A DNA stretch of 64,000 bases from a bacterium (GTDB lineage: Bacteria; Acidobacteriota; Aminicenantia; Aminicenantales; Aminicenantaceae). Below the pieces are notes generated by a model. The model had not been told where the DNA came from. It ran no database searches and saw nothing but the letters and a program-made list of their open reading frames with translations. Position numbers and translations under genes: made by a program. Every line of letters begins with the position of its first letter. The first letter of the stretch is position 1. The stretch spans positions 2,643 through 66,642 of the forward strand of contig JAGXKI010000002.1 of the NCBI GenBank assembly GCA_018335295.1. The letters run 5' to 3'. This document shows positions 17,998 to 29,318 of the stretch, in pieces.

Positions 17998-20640
17998 TTA
18001 AGAAAGCATCTGTTCCAGGATATTATAACTTTTTTGAAGACTCTGATTCAACTTTTCGGGTTTGGATCCTCCCGCTTGAGCGAAATCGGGCCGTCCTCCT
18101 CCCCCACCTTCGACAATAGGGGCGATCTTTTTTATAAATTCATTAGCTTTGATTCGGTCCAGCAAATCTTTAGTGACAGTGGTCACTAAAAATACTTTCT
18201 GATCACGCGCTGTTCCTAAAACAACAATTCCTGAGCCCAATTTCTGCTTTAAAGAATCTGCCAGCTCTCTGAGTTCATTATTGCTCAAACCCTTAACTTC
18301 CTGAACCATCACAGGAACTCCCTTAATTTTTTTGACCTCATCTTCACTTTTCTGGTAACGAGCATGAGCGAGCTTTTGCCTCAAAGATTTGTTTTCTTTC
18401 TCTTTAGACTTTAAAGAGTCTTTTAATTTATCCACCTGGTTTAGGATTTCCTCTCGAGGAGAATTCAATCTTTTCTGGAGGGAATTCAGGAGCCCTTCGA
18501 TTTCTTGGGTGTATTTCACAGCTTCCTCTCCAGTCACCGCTTCAAGCCGCCTCATACCGGCAGCTATGCTGGTCTCAGATATGATTTTGAAAAGGCCTAT
18601 TTCTCCGGTGCTTTGGACATGAACCCCTCCGCAAAGCTCTTTACTGAAATCCCCGATTGTAATCATCCTTACCTTTTCCCCGTACTTTTCCTCAAAAATC
18701 GCCACCGCCCCTTCTTTAATCCCCTCCTCCAGAGTAGTCACTTTGGTTTGAACGGGAAGGTCTTCTCTTATCTTTGTGTTGATGAGGTCCTCTATTTCTC
18801 TTATTTCCGAGTCATCTAGAGGAGAATAATGAGTGAAATCAAACCGAAGCCTGTCAGGAGAAACCAAGGACCCGGATTGTTTCACATGATCTCCCAGATA
18901 ATATCTCAAAGATGCATGGAGAAGATGGGTGGCTGTATGATTCTGGCTGATGGCTTTTCTCCTCTGCCTATCCACAGAAGCCTCTACAATATCGCCCACC
19001 GAAATTTTACCTCCAACCCCTTTGACCTGATGGGCCATAACCCCCGGAACCGGAGAATATGTGTTTTCAACTATTCCTGAAAAATGAGGGTTCTTTAATA
19101 CCCCTGAATCTCCGATTTGTCCCCCGGCTTCTGCATAGAAAGGAGTTTTATCAAGAAAAATTTCACCTGAGGCTCCTTTTTTGAGCTCCTGAACCTGCTG
19201 TCCATTCTTCATGATAGAAATCACTTTGGCTTCGGGAACCCTCTCTGTCTCATAACCCACATATTCCATAGAGTATTCTTTGAGCGGCTTGTAAATTTCC
19301 TTTTCTTTTTTTTGGGCCTCCCCTTTCCAGGAACGTCGGGCCTTCTCTCGTTGTTTTTCCAGCTCTCTGTAAAATCCTTTCTGGTCCACATTCATTCCTC
19401 TCTCCGCAGCCAATTCCTGGGAGAGGTCCACAGGAAAACCGAATGTATCGTAGAGTTTAAACAGCTTGTCGCCGGGAAGAGTCTTTCGGTTTTTCTTTTT
19501 GACCTCTTCGATGTACTGATTGAACACCCGCATACCGGAATGAAGAGTTTGAGCAAACCGTTTTTCTTCAGATAGACAAACATTGGAGATGTAATTCGCT
19601 GAAGAAATAAGCTCAGGGTAGGTATCTTTCATGATATCACTCACTAAACTGACCATTCGGTAGAGAAAAGGTTCTTCGATTCCCAGCCATTTTCCTTTCC
19701 TGAAAGCCCGGCGGATTAACCGCCTCAGTATATAACCCCGACCTTCATTGGAAGGAGTAACCCCATCCCCAATCAAAAAAGCCACCGCTCTTATGTGGTC
19801 CGAGATTATCCGGACTGATATATCACTTTGGTCATGAGAAGGGTATTCTTTGGAACATATCTCGCATACTCCTTCGATTAAGGGGGCGAACAAATCTGTC
19901 TCATAGTTAGTTTTCTTACCCTGAAGAACTGTGGCCATCCGTTCCAATCCCATGCCGGTGTCGATAGAGGGGGAAGGAAGGGGGTGAATGTTTCCCTGCT
20001 CATCTTGATAATACTGCATAAAGACCAAATTCCATAATTCTAAAAATCGGTCACTCCCTGATTCTATCAAAGATTGGGGATCCCCCTTCTCCAAGGAGGG
20101 ATCCAGGTCATAATGAATTTCCGAACAGGGACCGCAGGGACCAGTATCTCCCATAGCCCAATAATTGTGTTCCTTTCCCATACCATAAATCTTGTCCGGA
20201 GGGACCCCCACATCCTTTTTCCATAGAGAGAAGGCTTCTTCGTCTTCCTCATAAACAGTGATGTAGAGTCTATCTTTTTCTAAATTGAAAATCTTTGTCA
20301 TGAGTTCCCAGGAATACTGGATGGCTTCTTTTTTGAAATAATCTCCGAATGAAAAATTCCCCAGCATTTCAAAGAAAGTGTGATGCTTGTTGGTCTTTCC
20401 CACCTGTTCTAAATCATTATGTTTTCCACTGGCACGCATGCATTTTTGAACGGATGCAGCTCTGGAATAACTTCGATCTTCCAGCCCCAAAAACACGTTT
20501 TTGAATTGATTCATCCCCGCATTGGTAAACAAGAGGGTGGGGTCATCTTTGGGAATTAAAGAAGCACTGCTTACAATCTTATGGTCTTTCTGAGCAAAAA
20601 AGTCCAGGAAAGTTTCTCTTATTTTTTGGGATTTCCTCAT
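17998..20640 (-). CDS. alaS: Alanine--tRNA ligase
   Basis: 880 aa. Class II core (FTNAGMNQFK), HxxxH editing motifs, C-terminal DHHA1-type end. Confidence 0.95.
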   Translation of the reverse strand: MRKSQKIRETFLDFFAQKDHKIVSSASLIPKDDPTLLFTNAGMNQFKNVFLGLEDRSYSRAASVQKCMRASGKHNDLEQVGKTNKHHTFFEMLGNFSFGDYFKKEAIQYSWELMTKIFNLEKDRLYITVYEEDEEAFSLWKKDVGVPPDKIYGMGKEHNYWAMGDTGPCGPCSEIHYDLDPSLEKGDPQSLIESGSDRFLELWNLVFMQYYQDEQGNIHPLPSPSIDTGMGLERMATVLQGKKTNYETDLFAPLIEGVCEICSKEYPSHDQSDISVRIISDHIRAVAFLIGDGVTPSNEGRGYILRRLIRRAFRKGKWLGIEEPFLYRMVSLVSDIMKDTYPELISSANYISNVCLSEEKRFAQTLHSGMRVFNQYIEEVKKKNRKTLPGDKLFKLYDTFGFPVDLSQELAAERGMNVDQKGFYRELEKQREKARRSWKGEAQKKEKEIYKPLKEYSMEYVGYETERVPEAKVISIMKNGQQVQELKKGASGEIFLDKTPFYAEAGGQIGDSGVLKNPHFSGIVENTYSPVPGVMAHQVKGVGGKISVGDIVEASVDRQRRKAISQNHTATHLLHASLRYYLGDHVKQSGSLVSPDRLRFDFTHYSPLDDSEIREIEDLINTKIREDLPVQTKVTTLEEGIKEGAVAIFEEKYGEKVRMITIGDFSKELCGGVHVQSTGEIGLFKIISETSIAAGMRRLEAVTGEEAVKYTQEIEGLLNSLQKRLNSPREEILNQVDKLKDSLKSKEKENKSLRQKLAHARYQKSEDEVKKIKGVPVMVQEVKGLSNNELRELADSLKQKLGSGIVVLGTARDQKVFLVTTVTKDLLDRIKANEFIKKIAPIVEGGGGGRPDFAQAGGSKPEKLNQSLQKSYNILEQMLS

Positions 20641-20642
20641 TC

Positions 20643-21806
20643 TTAACTTTCTTCTTCCTCCTCACTCTCCTTCTCTTCATTTCTTTGTATATTGGGCATT
20701 GATTTTTCCATATCTTCAAGAGCCACATCCACAGTTGACTGAATCCCCATCACCTTCAGTTTGAAATTATCGGGACTGGAGGAATACCTCAGCCCTTGTT
20801 CATAAGAAATGTAACCTGATTTGTAGAGATAATAAATGGACTGGTCAAAGGTCTGCATGCTGTACTGAGATACTCCTGAAGCAATCGCATCTCTGATGAG
20901 AGCCGTGCGTTCTCGGTCATTAATGCATTCCTGGATGTAAGGGGTGCTGATCATCACTTCAACAGCGGGCACCCTTCTCTTCTCATCTTTGGTGGAGATC
21001 AACCGCATGGATATAACCGATTTAATGATGCTGGCCACTTGAAGCCGGATGCGTCTTTGATGATGGGGAGGAAAAACCGAAACCAATCGGTTGATGGTTT
21101 CAGGGGCATCTATGGTATGAAGTGTGCTGAACACCAAATGACCTGTTTCCGCAGCCAGAAGGGCGGTCTCAATGGTATCTTTATCTCTCATCTCTCCCAC
21201 CAATATGACATCGGGGTCTTCACGAAGGGAAGCCCGCAGCCCTCGGGCAAAACCGGTGACATCCACACCTACTTCTCTTTGACTGATGGAACTTTTTTTA
21301 TCCCGATGAAGGTATTCAATGGGATCTTCAATGGTGATGATGTTCTCTTTCCGATGAGTGTTGATATGATCCACCATAGAGGCCAAAGTGGTGGTTTTTC
21401 CGGATCCAGTGGTACCGGTAACCAGGACCAAACCTCTGGGTTCCAGCGAAATCTTTTCCAATACCTCTGGAAGCTGAAGCTCCTTGATCTTTTGAACTTC
21501 CAGAGGAATGATTCGCAGTACAATACCCAGACTCCCCCGCTGATGGTAAATACTTCCCCGAAACCTTCCGAATCCCGGCAAACTGTAAGCCAAATCCAGG
21601 TCCAGTTCTCTATCCAGCTGTTCTCTTTGATGTTGAGTGGTGATCTGCTCGGCCAATTCCTTGGTCATAGTGGGGGTCAATTTGGGGTAATTGGTTAAAG
21701 ACCTTAAATGTCCGTGCACTCTGAGTATAGGGAAATTTCCAGCCTTTAAGTGAAGGTCTGAAGCGTTGTTTTCGATGGCTATTTCTAAAAGTTCATCTAT
21801 TTTCAT
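20643..21806 (-). CDS. pilT: PilT-family type IV pilus retraction ATPase
   Basis: T2SS-E fold (GLVLVTGTTGSGKTTTLASMVDHIN Walker A, Asp box, His box). Confidence 0.85.
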   Translation of the reverse strand: MKIDELLEIAIENNASDLHLKAGNFPILRVHGHLRSLTNYPKLTPTMTKELAEQITTQHQREQLDRELDLDLAYSLPGFGRFRGSIYHQRGSLGIVLRIIPLEVQKIKELQLPEVLEKISLEPRGLVLVTGTTGSGKTTTLASMVDHINTHRKENIITIEDPIEYLHRDKKSSISQREVGVDVTGFARGLRASLREDPDVILVGEMRDKDTIETALLAAETGHLVFSTLHTIDAPETINRLVSVFPPHHQRRIRLQVASIIKSVISMRLISTKDEKRRVPAVEVMISTPYIQECINDRERTALIRDAIASGVSQYSMQTFDQSIYYLYKSGYISYEQGLRYSSSPDNFKLKVMGIQSTVDVALEDMEKSMPNIQRNEEKESEEEEES

Positions 21807-21840
21807 GATTTCCCCCCTTTTTATTTATTCATTCCATATA

Positions 21841-22764
21841 CTAAAAATAGGTAAGCCATTTATGCTTATCTTCTTTTTTCCCCTGAAGAAGGTCGAAAAA
21901 TTCATCCTGAAACTGTTTGGCCACAGGCCCTCTTTTTCCCTTTCCTATGGAAATCTTGTCTACCGAACGAATCGGAGTGATCTCTGCAGCGGAACCTGTA
22001 AAAAAGACTTCATCCGCAATGTAGAGCATTTCTCTAGGAATCGGTTCTTCCCTTATGGGAATTCCCAGGTCCTCAGCCAGTTGAATTATGGTATCTCGGG
22101 TAATCCCTGGCAGTATCGAAGATGATAACGGCGGAGTGTAAATTTCCCCATTCAGGACCACAAAAATGTTTTCTCCACTTCCTTCACTGACATGACCTCT
22201 TTCGTTAAGAGCAATCCCTTCCATGTATCCTTCCAACACGGCTTCCATTTTTATCAACTGAGAATTCATATAATTGGCTCCTGATTTGGCAAGGGCTGGG
22301 AAAGTATTGGGAGCCATTCTCTGCCAGGTGCTGATTTTGACATCTACACCATTTTTCAAAGCATCTTCACCCAAGTATTTTCCCCACTCCCAAACAAGTA
22401 TAGCACAGTCCACAGGATTTGAAAAAGGATCTACTCCGAGAGTATTATACCCTCTATACACCACCGGACGAATGTAGCAGGATTGAAGATTATTGGCTTT
22501 TATCGTATCCAATATCGCCTGAATGAATTCTTCTTTTTTATAAGGAATTTCCATCCGATAAATCTTGGAGGAATTGTATAACCGGTTGACATGGTCTTCT
22601 AAACGAAAAATAACTCCTCCTTTGGAGGTTTTGTAAGCTCGAAAACCCTCAAAAATTGAGCTTCCATAATGGATAACATGAGAAGCAATGTGAATATTGG
22701 CTTCCTTCCAGTGAACCAAACTTCCGTTCATCCATACTTTGCCGTCTTCATTGAAAGGACTCAT
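21841..22764 (-). CDS. ilvE: Branched-chain amino acid aminotransferase
   Basis: Fold-type IV PLP enzyme motifs ([13 protein letters not shown]...[14 protein letters not shown]). Confidence 0.9.
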   Translation of the reverse strand: MSPFNEDGKVWMNGSLVHWKEANIHIASHVIHYGSSIFEGFRAYKTSKGGVIFRLEDHVNRLYNSSKIYRMEIPYKKEEFIQAILDTIKANNLQSCYIRPVVYRGYNTLGVDPFSNPVDCAILVWEWGKYLGEDALKNGVDVKISTWQRMAPNTFPALAKSGANYMNSQLIKMEAVLEGYMEGIALNERGHVSEGSGENIFVVLNGEIYTPPLSSSILPGITRDTIIQLAEDLGIPIREEPIPREMLYIADEVFFTGSAAEITPIRSVDKISIGKGKRGPVAKQFQDEFFDLLQGKKEDKHKWLTYF

Positions 22765-22882
22765 CTAACTCTCCTTTTTAAACTTCGTAGGTTATTATTT
22801 CTTATGTACATAAAGGATTTCCATCATATAGAAAACAAATAGGTAAGTCAACTTGGATAAAATTTATAAAGTCCCCGTTGAC

Positions 22883-23821
22883 TCAGACTTTTTCTCCACA
22901 GTAAGGACAAATCTGGGCTTTATAAGGCAGGGGGCGCCTGCAGTTCCAGCATAAATCGGATCTCATCCTTTCCCTTGCTTTTATTCTTCCAAATATATCT
23001 TGGATTTCTGATTTTTTGGTATCCTTCCCTTTGAAATCGGAAATGTTTTTAACTATCTCCGAGGCTCTCTGGTACCTGTCTTCAACATTAGAGGAAAGGG
23101 ATTTCATGATGATTTGACTTATCTCTTTAGGAATACGATCGTTTTTGAGCCGAGGGGGAGTGATCTGGCCTTTTTTGGCTTTTTCCAGTATTTTGAAAGG
23201 GTCAGGGTCAAAAATAGGAGGCCTTCCCACAATCATTTCATAGAAGATACATCCGAGGGAATAAATATCTGATCTGAAAGTGGCTTTACCTAAAAACTGT
23301 TCTGGAGCCATATAGGGAGGAGAGCCGATCCGGGTAGAGGCGTAAGGGACATTCTCTAACCAGGCTGAAGTTCCAAAATCTGTTATTTTGGGAATGTTTC
23401 TATCCGAAATGATGATATTGGAAGGCCTTAAATCTCTATGGATAATTTTATTGTTATGAGCGTGCTCCACTCCGTTGGCTACCTGCAAGATATACTCTGT
23501 AGCTTCTTTCCAGTCCAGTATTTTTTTCTTTTCGAGTATTTTTTCCAGGGTCTTTCCTTCCACATACTCCATAACCATAAAAAAGGTCTTGTTTTTCTTC
23601 TCGGCTGAAATCATACGAACGATGTTGGGATGGTTGAGGGCGGCTTGAAGTCGGGGTTCTTTCAACAGTTTATATATTTCTGTGGACTGTTTATGGGGAA
23701 CTTTTATTGCAACCCGGATGTTGAGCCACATATCTTTGGCTAAAAAGACAGCACCAAACCCTCCACTTCCCAAGGACTGGATGATCTTATATTTCCCGAC
23801 TTTCTGACCTTGGAGGAACAT
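22883..23821 (-). CDS. Ser/Thr protein kinase with C-terminal zinc ribbon
   Basis: GSGGFGAV, VAIK, HRDLRPSNIII and DFG motifs. C-terminal CWNC...CPYC. Confidence 0.85.
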   Translation of the reverse strand: MFLQGQKVGKYKIIQSLGSGGFGAVFLAKDMWLNIRVAIKVPHKQSTEIYKLLKEPRLQAALNHPNIVRMISAEKKNKTFFMVMEYVEGKTLEKILEKKKILDWKEATEYILQVANGVEHAHNNKIIHRDLRPSNIIISDRNIPKITDFGTSAWLENVPYASTRIGSPPYMAPEQFLGKATFRSDIYSLGCIFYEMIVGRPPIFDPDPFKILEKAKKGQITPPRLKNDRIPKEISQIIMKSLSSNVEDRYQRASEIVKNISDFKGKDTKKSEIQDIFGRIKARERMRSDLCWNCRRPLPYKAQICPYCGEKV

Positions 23822-23822
23822 T

Positions 23823-24566
23823 TTAATGATTCCAAAAATGAGCCATCATGGCGGCTGCACAAATCGAAGCGGTTTCTGTTCTCAGAATCTGACTCCCTAA
23901 ACTTACGCGTTCAAATCCATGCTCTAATATATCTATCTCTTCTTTTTCTGTCCAGCCTCCTTCGGGTCCCACAAGAATCAGAGCGGTAGAAAACAAACCA
24001 CCTCCAGAAACTTGAGGGTCATCTAAAAGAATCTCCTTTAATTTTTTCCCTCCCCTTTCACTCAGGAAGAGTTTTTTTTCCTCTTTTCTCTGAATCACCC
24101 GGGATAACTCTTGAGGAGGAGAAACAGAAGGAAGGTAGGAAGCCCCACTTTGTTTGGCAGCTTCCCGAATGATTCTTTTCCATCGACTGATCTTAGTATT
24201 AATTTTATCTTCAACTTTCACCAGTGAACGGGATGTGATCACAGGAATAAAATGAGAGAGACCTAATTCGGTGACTTTTTGAAGGATAAATTCCATATTT
24301 TTTGTTTTTATGAGTGCTTGAGACAGAGTGATTTTTACCCGAGGTGGATTCTCCTTTTCTTTTTTCAGAATACGCAGCCGTGTGCGTTCACCCAAAATTT
24401 CCTCGACTTCAGTTAAATAACCGGTCCCTTTTCCGTCAAAAAGCCATACCTTTTGTGGAGGTTTTATCCGAACGACATTGGTGAGATGATGATGCTCGTC
24501 TCCCTCCAGATAAATATAAGGAAATTGAATCTGTGTGGACTCAAAGAAGAAACGATTCGAAGTCAA
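23823..24566 (-). CDS. rsmE: 16S rRNA (uracil1498-N3)-methyltransferase RsmE
   Basis: PUA-like N-terminus plus SPOUT knot C-terminus (ILVGPEGGWTEKEEI). Confidence 0.8.
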   Translation of the reverse strand: MTSNRFFFESTQIQFPYIYLEGDEHHHLTNVVRIKPPQKVWLFDGKGTGYLTEVEEILGERTRLRILKKEKENPPRVKITLSQALIKTKNMEFILQKVTELGLSHFIPVITSRSLVKVEDKINTKISRWKRIIREAAKQSGASYLPSVSPPQELSRVIQRKEEKKLFLSERGGKKLKEILLDDPQVSGGGLFSTALILVGPEGGWTEKEEIDILEHGFERVSLGSQILRTETASICAAAMMAHFWNH

Positions 24567-24574
24567 ACTTCTCT

Positions 24575-25702
24575 CTAATGCAAAATGTCTTTGACTTTAT
24601 TCAAAATATTTTTATCCTCTTCATCACTGCTCAATTCCTCAAACTGCCGGAGAATTTCTTTCTGCTTTTTGGTCAGATTCTTAGGAGTTTTTATGTTCAC
24701 CCGGACATAAAGATTCCCTTTGGTTTTTCTTTCAAGGTCTTTGACTCCCCGACCCTTGATTTTAAAAATTTCATCGGTTTGAGTCCCTGCTGGAATTTTG
24801 AGCTCCTGCTTATCTTCTAAGGTGGGAACTTCCACTGTCGTGCCTAAAGCAGCTTGGGGAAATGTTATGGATATTTGACAATGCAAATCACTTCCTTCTC
24901 TTTCGAAAAATTTATGTTTCTTCAACCGGATCAAAATGTAAAGGTCTCCACTGGGAGCTCCTTTTTCTCCAGCTTCCCCTTCTCCGGCCATCCGAAGCTT
25001 ATGTCCTTCATCCACACCCGCAGGAATTTTGACGCTCAATGTTCTTTTTCGGCTGACTTTCCCGGTTCCGTGACACTTCTTACACGGAGAATCGATGATT
25101 TCTCCAGTTCCCTTACATCGATGGCATGTTTGGGCAATGGTGAAAAAACCCCGACGGATATGAATCTGACCTCTTCCGTCACAGTAATGACATGTGGATT
25201 TTCCCGTTCCGGGCTGCATTTTCGACCCACTGCATTGAGGACACATCTCTTTTCGGTTCAACTTGATCTCTTTTTCGGTTCCAAAAGCAGCCTCTTCCAG
25301 AGTCACCTCCAGCTCTAAGGCCAGATCTCTTCCTCTTCTGGGATAAGCCCTCCTCTGTCGCTGCCGCGATCCAAAAAAATCTCCAAATCCAAAGTTGAAA
25401 AATCTTCCCAGAATATCTTCGAAATCTTCAAACGCCGAGGAATCAAACCCTGAGAATCCGCTGTATCCTTCTCCTTTCAGTCCTTCTTCTCCGAATCGAT
25501 CATAAACAGACCTTTTTTCTGAATCAATCAATACACTATAAGCTTCAGAGGCCTTTTTAAACTTTTCCTCTGCGTCCTTATCCCCAGGATTCCTGTCAGG
25601 ATGATATTGAAGAGCTTTTTGTCTGTAGGCCTTCTTGATGTCTTCTGGAGATGCATTCTGAGATACACCAAGAATTTCATAATAATTTTCATTATTCCTC
25701 AT
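24575..25702 (-). CDS. dnaJ: Chaperone DnaJ (copy 1, hrcA operon)
   Basis: J domain (YYEILGV...HPDRN), G/F region, four CxxCxGxG zinc-finger repeats. Confidence 0.9.
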   Translation of the reverse strand: MRNNENYYEILGVSQNASPEDIKKAYRQKALQYHPDRNPGDKDAEEKFKKASEAYSVLIDSEKRSVYDRFGEEGLKGEGYSGFSGFDSSAFEDFEDILGRFFNFGFGDFFGSRQRQRRAYPRRGRDLALELEVTLEEAAFGTEKEIKLNRKEMCPQCSGSKMQPGTGKSTCHYCDGRGQIHIRRGFFTIAQTCHRCKGTGEIIDSPCKKCHGTGKVSRKRTLSVKIPAGVDEGHKLRMAGEGEAGEKGAPSGDLYILIRLKKHKFFEREGSDLHCQISITFPQAALGTTVEVPTLEDKQELKIPAGTQTDEIFKIKGRGVKDLERKTKGNLYVRVNIKTPKNLTKKQKEILRQFEELSSDEEDKNILNKVKDILH

Positions 25703-27281
25703 ATTCACTAACCCTCGCATTTTGAGCTTGTTCTCGTTTTATGATTTTGTTTATTTCCTTTTGTTTTAAACCAGAAGAAGGGTTGACTTTCACTCCCTGC
25801 TTTCTTTGAGTGGCTGAATCCACCGCTGAAACCCGGACAATTCCGTCTCCATCAATCTCAAAGTGGACATCAATCTGGGGAACCCCAGCGGGAGCGGATT
25901 CGATTCCCACCAAATCAAAAACAGCTAAGGAGGTATTCAGTGAAGCTTTGGGATTTTCTCCCTGAAGAACATGAATCCTTACCCGTCTTTGATTGTTTTC
26001 CACGGTAGTGAAAGACGTCGTTATTTTTGTGGGAATGGTGGTGTTTTTGGGAATAATCGGGCTAAAGGTATCATTTTCAGTTTCGATACCCAAAGAAAGA
26101 GGAGTCACATCCAGAAGGAGTATCAAATCTTTCATCTCTCCTTCTAAAATTCCCGACTGAATAGCCGCTCCTACCGCCACCACTTCATCTGGATTCAAAT
26201 TCTCAACAGAATCTTTCTTAAAATAATCAGAGGTCATTTTTTTGATCAAAGGCATCCGTCCTTGACCCCCGACCAAAAGAACCTCATCGATATTTTCTGG
26301 ATTTAAGCCACATTCCGAAAGGGCTTCTTCGATATAAGGGATCGTTTTCTGGACCAAATCTTTGGTCAATTCCTCAAAATCCCTTCGGGATAAAGTTTCC
26401 TTGAGATGTTTGGATTCGGATCCATAGGATGTGATAAAAGGAAGGTTGATTTCAGTCTCAAGGGTAAAAGAAAGTTCTTTCTTAGCCTTTTCTGCTGCTT
26501 CCTTTATCCTCTGAAGAGCGAACTTATCTTCAGAGATATCTACCTTCTGTTTTTTCTGAAAACGGTCTATAAGCCAATCAACAATGCGGGCATCAAAATC
26601 TTCTCCCCCTAAAAAGGTGTCTCCGTTAGTGGCTAAAACGTTGAAAACTCCTTCACTCACCTCCAGGATAGATATATCAAAGGTTCCTCCACCAATATCA
26701 TACACGGCTATGTTCCCGCTCTTTTTTTCATTGAGCCCGTATGCCAAACAGGCAGAAGTGGGCTCATTGATCACTCGAAGGACACGAAGACCTGCAATTT
26801 TGGCTGCATCCTTGGTGGCCTGTCTTTGGTGATCGTTGAAATGAGCGGGAACAGTAATGATGGTCTCTTCAACCTTTTCTCCAAAGTAGGATTCCGCACA
26901 TTTTTTTAAATACTTGATAATCATGGCGGATATCTCTTGAGGACTTATCAATTTAGAACTCAAATCGATCATCACATCCCCGTTGAGGGCTCCTGTTAAC
27001 CGGTAAGGGATTTTTTGGGAGATTTCCTGCACACTTTCTGAGTTAAACTTCTTTCCCATCAATCTTTTCACAGCAAACACCGTATTCTCGGGATTGGTTA
27101 TGGCCTGACGCAAAGCCAAGTTCCCTATCAATTCTTCACTAGAGCGGGTAAAACTGACTACCGAAGGGGTAGTGGACATTCCTTCAAGATTATGAATCAC
27201 CCTCCCTTCCTTTCCTTCCAAATAGGCCACACATGAATTGGTGGTGCCCAAGTCAATCCCGATCACATGTCCCATGCTCAA
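25692..27281 (-). CDS. dnaK: Hsp70/DnaK paralog, short form (529 aa, lacks the C-terminal helical lid)
   Basis: [21 protein letters not shown] and the rest of the Hsp70 NBD and SBD-beta, but it ends about 100 aa early. Sits between grpE and dnaJ. Confidence 0.8.
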   Translation of the reverse strand: MSMGHVIGIDLGTTNSCVAYLEGKEGRVIHNLEGMSTTPSVVSFTRSSEELIGNLALRQAITNPENTVFAVKRLMGKKFNSESVQEISQKIPYRLTGALNGDVMIDLSSKLISPQEISAMIIKYLKKCAESYFGEKVEETIITVPAHFNDHQRQATKDAAKIAGLRVLRVINEPTSACLAYGLNEKKSGNIAVYDIGGGTFDISILEVSEGVFNVLATNGDTFLGGEDFDARIVDWLIDRFQKKQKVDISEDKFALQRIKEAAEKAKKELSFTLETEINLPFITSYGSESKHLKETLSRRDFEELTKDLVQKTIPYIEEALSECGLNPENIDEVLLVGGQGRMPLIKKMTSDYFKKDSVENLNPDEVVAVGAAIQSGILEGEMKDLILLLDVTPLSLGIETENDTFSPIIPKNTTIPTKITTSFTTVENNQRRVRIHVLQGENPKASLNTSLAVFDLVGIESAPAGVPQIDVHFEIDGDGIVRVSAVDSATQRKQGVKVNPSSGLKQKEINKIIKREQAQNARVSEYEE

Positions 27282-27979
27282 TCCTCTTTTTCTTCTTTTT
27301 TCTCTTCTTCTTTATCCTTTTTTTTAGGGACAGCCACTTTCACCAGAGCAGGCCGAAGAAGCCTGTCATGAAGCATATACCCCTTTTGCATAACCTCGCT
27401 GACTTCCTTTCTATCCACTTTATCCGATTCTTCTGTGATTAAAGCTTGTTGAACCTTCGGGTCGAATTCTTTATCCTTAGTCTCCACAAGCCTAACCCCC
27501 TGCTTCTTCAACACATCCTTAAACTGCTTGTGAATCATCTCTATACCTTCTTTAAAATCTTTTTCGCTTCCTTTGGATTCTGTTTCTAAAGCTCTTTCAA
27601 AATTATCCAACACCACCAGCAAGTCTTTTATGAATTCACTCAAAGCGTACTGATAATAATCATTTTTTTCTCTTTCCATCCTCTTTCGTAAATTTTCTTT
27701 TTCAGCCAGTTGTCTCAGTTGTTCTTCCTTGGCTTCTTCGATTTCTTTTTTTAATTTATTGATTTCCTTTTCTTTTTTCTCCAGTTTGTTTTTCCCTTGA
27801 GGGACTTGTTTTTTCTTTTCTTCCCCTTCTTTTTGAGATTTTTTCGTTTTTCCTTGAGGAGAAAGGAATTCAATTTCCACTTCTCCTTTTGAGTTCTGGT
27901 CTTGGGGGGATTTTTTATTCTCTTCTTTCTTTTCTTGTTTCTTTTCTTGTTGTTTTTCTTCTTCATCTTTTTCACTCAT
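27278..27979 (-). CDS. grpE: Nucleotide exchange factor GrpE with Lys/Glu-rich termini
   Basis: GrpE core (LLVVLDNFERALE...GYMLHDRLLRPALV). Confidence 0.85.
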   Translation of the reverse strand: MSEKDEEEKQQEKKQEKKEENKKSPQDQNSKGEVEIEFLSPQGKTKKSQKEGEEKKKQVPQGKNKLEKKEKEINKLKKEIEEAKEEQLRQLAEKENLRKRMEREKNDYYQYALSEFIKDLLVVLDNFERALETESKGSEKDFKEGIEMIHKQFKDVLKKQGVRLVETKDKEFDPKVQQALITEESDKVDRKEVSEVMQKGYMLHDRLLRPALVKVAVPKKKDKEEEKKEEKED

Positions 27980-27988
27980 ATTTCCTCC

Positions 27989-29023
27989 TTAATGAAAAGA
28001 ACTGATGGTTTCACTCAACTTCTTGGCCACACAATCCACCAATGGAATAATGTTCTTGTAGGGAATCCTTTTAGGCCCGATGATGCCCAAAGAACCCAAG
28101 ATTTGACGCCTGTAGCCATAGTGAGAAAGAACAAGAGAACAATCAGAAATTTCAGGAAGATCCATCTCAGAACCGATTAAAACCTTAACTCTATCCAAGC
28201 TAATGAAATCGGAGAGAAATTTGGCTATCTTGGCTCTTTCTTCTACATTCTTGAATAGGGATTGGATTCTATCCATTTGGAAAAATTCTGTTTTTTCTAA
28301 TAGATTTGAGGTTCCCTCAAGAAAAATCCCTTTTTCTTTGTCTTCCTGGTTGAAATAGGATTTCAAAAATCCCATTAATTTCCGAATGAACTTCTCGAAC
28401 CTTTTCCTGGCCATTGGAACTTCTTTGTTGAGATAATCGCGGACAAAAACCAGGTTTCTCCCTCTAAAATTTTCATTGATGTAATAAGAAGCTCTATCCA
28501 GCTCATCCTGAGTGAAATAAGTAGCAGTCCGAACAATTTCGGTAAGAACAAGATTATAAGAAGTGATCAGAATGATGAGAACCTTTCCTTCGGAAATTTT
28601 AATCAATCGAATATGATAAAAATTTATTTTTGATATATCCGGAGACAAAACAAAACCAATGTTATTTGAATATTCAGATAAGGTTTTGGATACATAGAAA
28701 AGGAGTGAATTGAAATCACCCTTTTTCAAATAGGTTTTTTCTGAAGGAAAATTGACTTTTTCCTCTGGGACTACAGCTTCTTCGAAAATTTTGTTGACAT
28801 AAGACCTCAGGCCTTTATCTGTGGGCAATCTGCCTGCGGATGTATGCGGCTGATAAAGAAATCCATCCTTTTCCAATTTTAACATCATATTCCTTATCGT
28901 GGCTGAGGAGACTTCTAAATGGTAATGCTCTCTTATGTATCGGGAGCTTACAGGTTTTCCAGCTTTTATGTAACTCTCCACTGTATAATAAAGGACATAT
29001 TTATCTGTTTCCTTTGAACTCAT
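27989..29023 (-). CDS. hrcA: Heat-inducible transcription repressor HrcA
   Basis: N-terminal winged HTH (SSRYIREHYHLEVSSATIRNMMLKLEKDGFL). Position ahead of grpE-dnaK-dnaJ. Confidence 0.85.
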   Translation of the reverse strand: MSSKETDKYVLYYTVESYIKAGKPVSSRYIREHYHLEVSSATIRNMMLKLEKDGFLYQPHTSAGRLPTDKGLRSYVNKIFEEAVVPEEKVNFPSEKTYLKKGDFNSLLFYVSKTLSEYSNNIGFVLSPDISKINFYHIRLIKISEGKVLIILITSYNLVLTEIVRTATYFTQDELDRASYYINENFRGRNLVFVRDYLNKEVPMARKRFEKFIRKLMGFLKSYFNQEDKEKGIFLEGTSNLLEKTEFFQMDRIQSLFKNVEERAKIAKFLSDFISLDRVKVLIGSEMDLPEISDCSLVLSHYGYRRQILGSLGIIGPKRIPYKNIIPLVDCVAKKLSETISSFH

Positions 29024-29318
29024 GATTTCATAGTCCTTTTTTTAAATTTTTATAGCATTAAATCTTAAAAATTGTCAAATAAGATAATTTCAGCGAATCT
29101 GTTCAAGTTTCTCTTCTAAGGAAGGCTCAGCTATTGGAAAAAGGCCTTATTTTTCATCTTCTAGCGAGGAGGAAGAAAAGCCTTCTCCTCTGAGTGGGCA
29201 AGGTTCCTTGAGTGAAACGAAAGGAGAACGAAACCGGAAATCATAAGAGATTGGTCGGCCCAGCACTCTCCCCCTTCTCTTCGTGGTTTTGAATCCATTA
29301 CCCCGAACTTTCCGGGCT

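Noticed and set aside
21039-21698. 219-aa plus-strand ORF inside pilT. Similar long antisense ORFs occur at 35054-35884 (in M14), 38144-38680 (in S9), 42679-43389 (in the amidohydrolase), 53626-54357 (in dnaJ) and 58609-59106 (in purH).
   Set aside because: Each lies fully antisense within a gene whose product has clear conserved motifs. They have low-complexity or implausible composition and no Shine-Dalgarno sequence. These are typical shadow ORFs.
29024-29318. Looked for a CIRCE (TTAGCACTC-N9-GAGTGCTAA) operator upstream of hrcA.
   Set aside because: Only a lone AGCACTC heptamer at 29263 with no inverted partner. Not reported as a feature.
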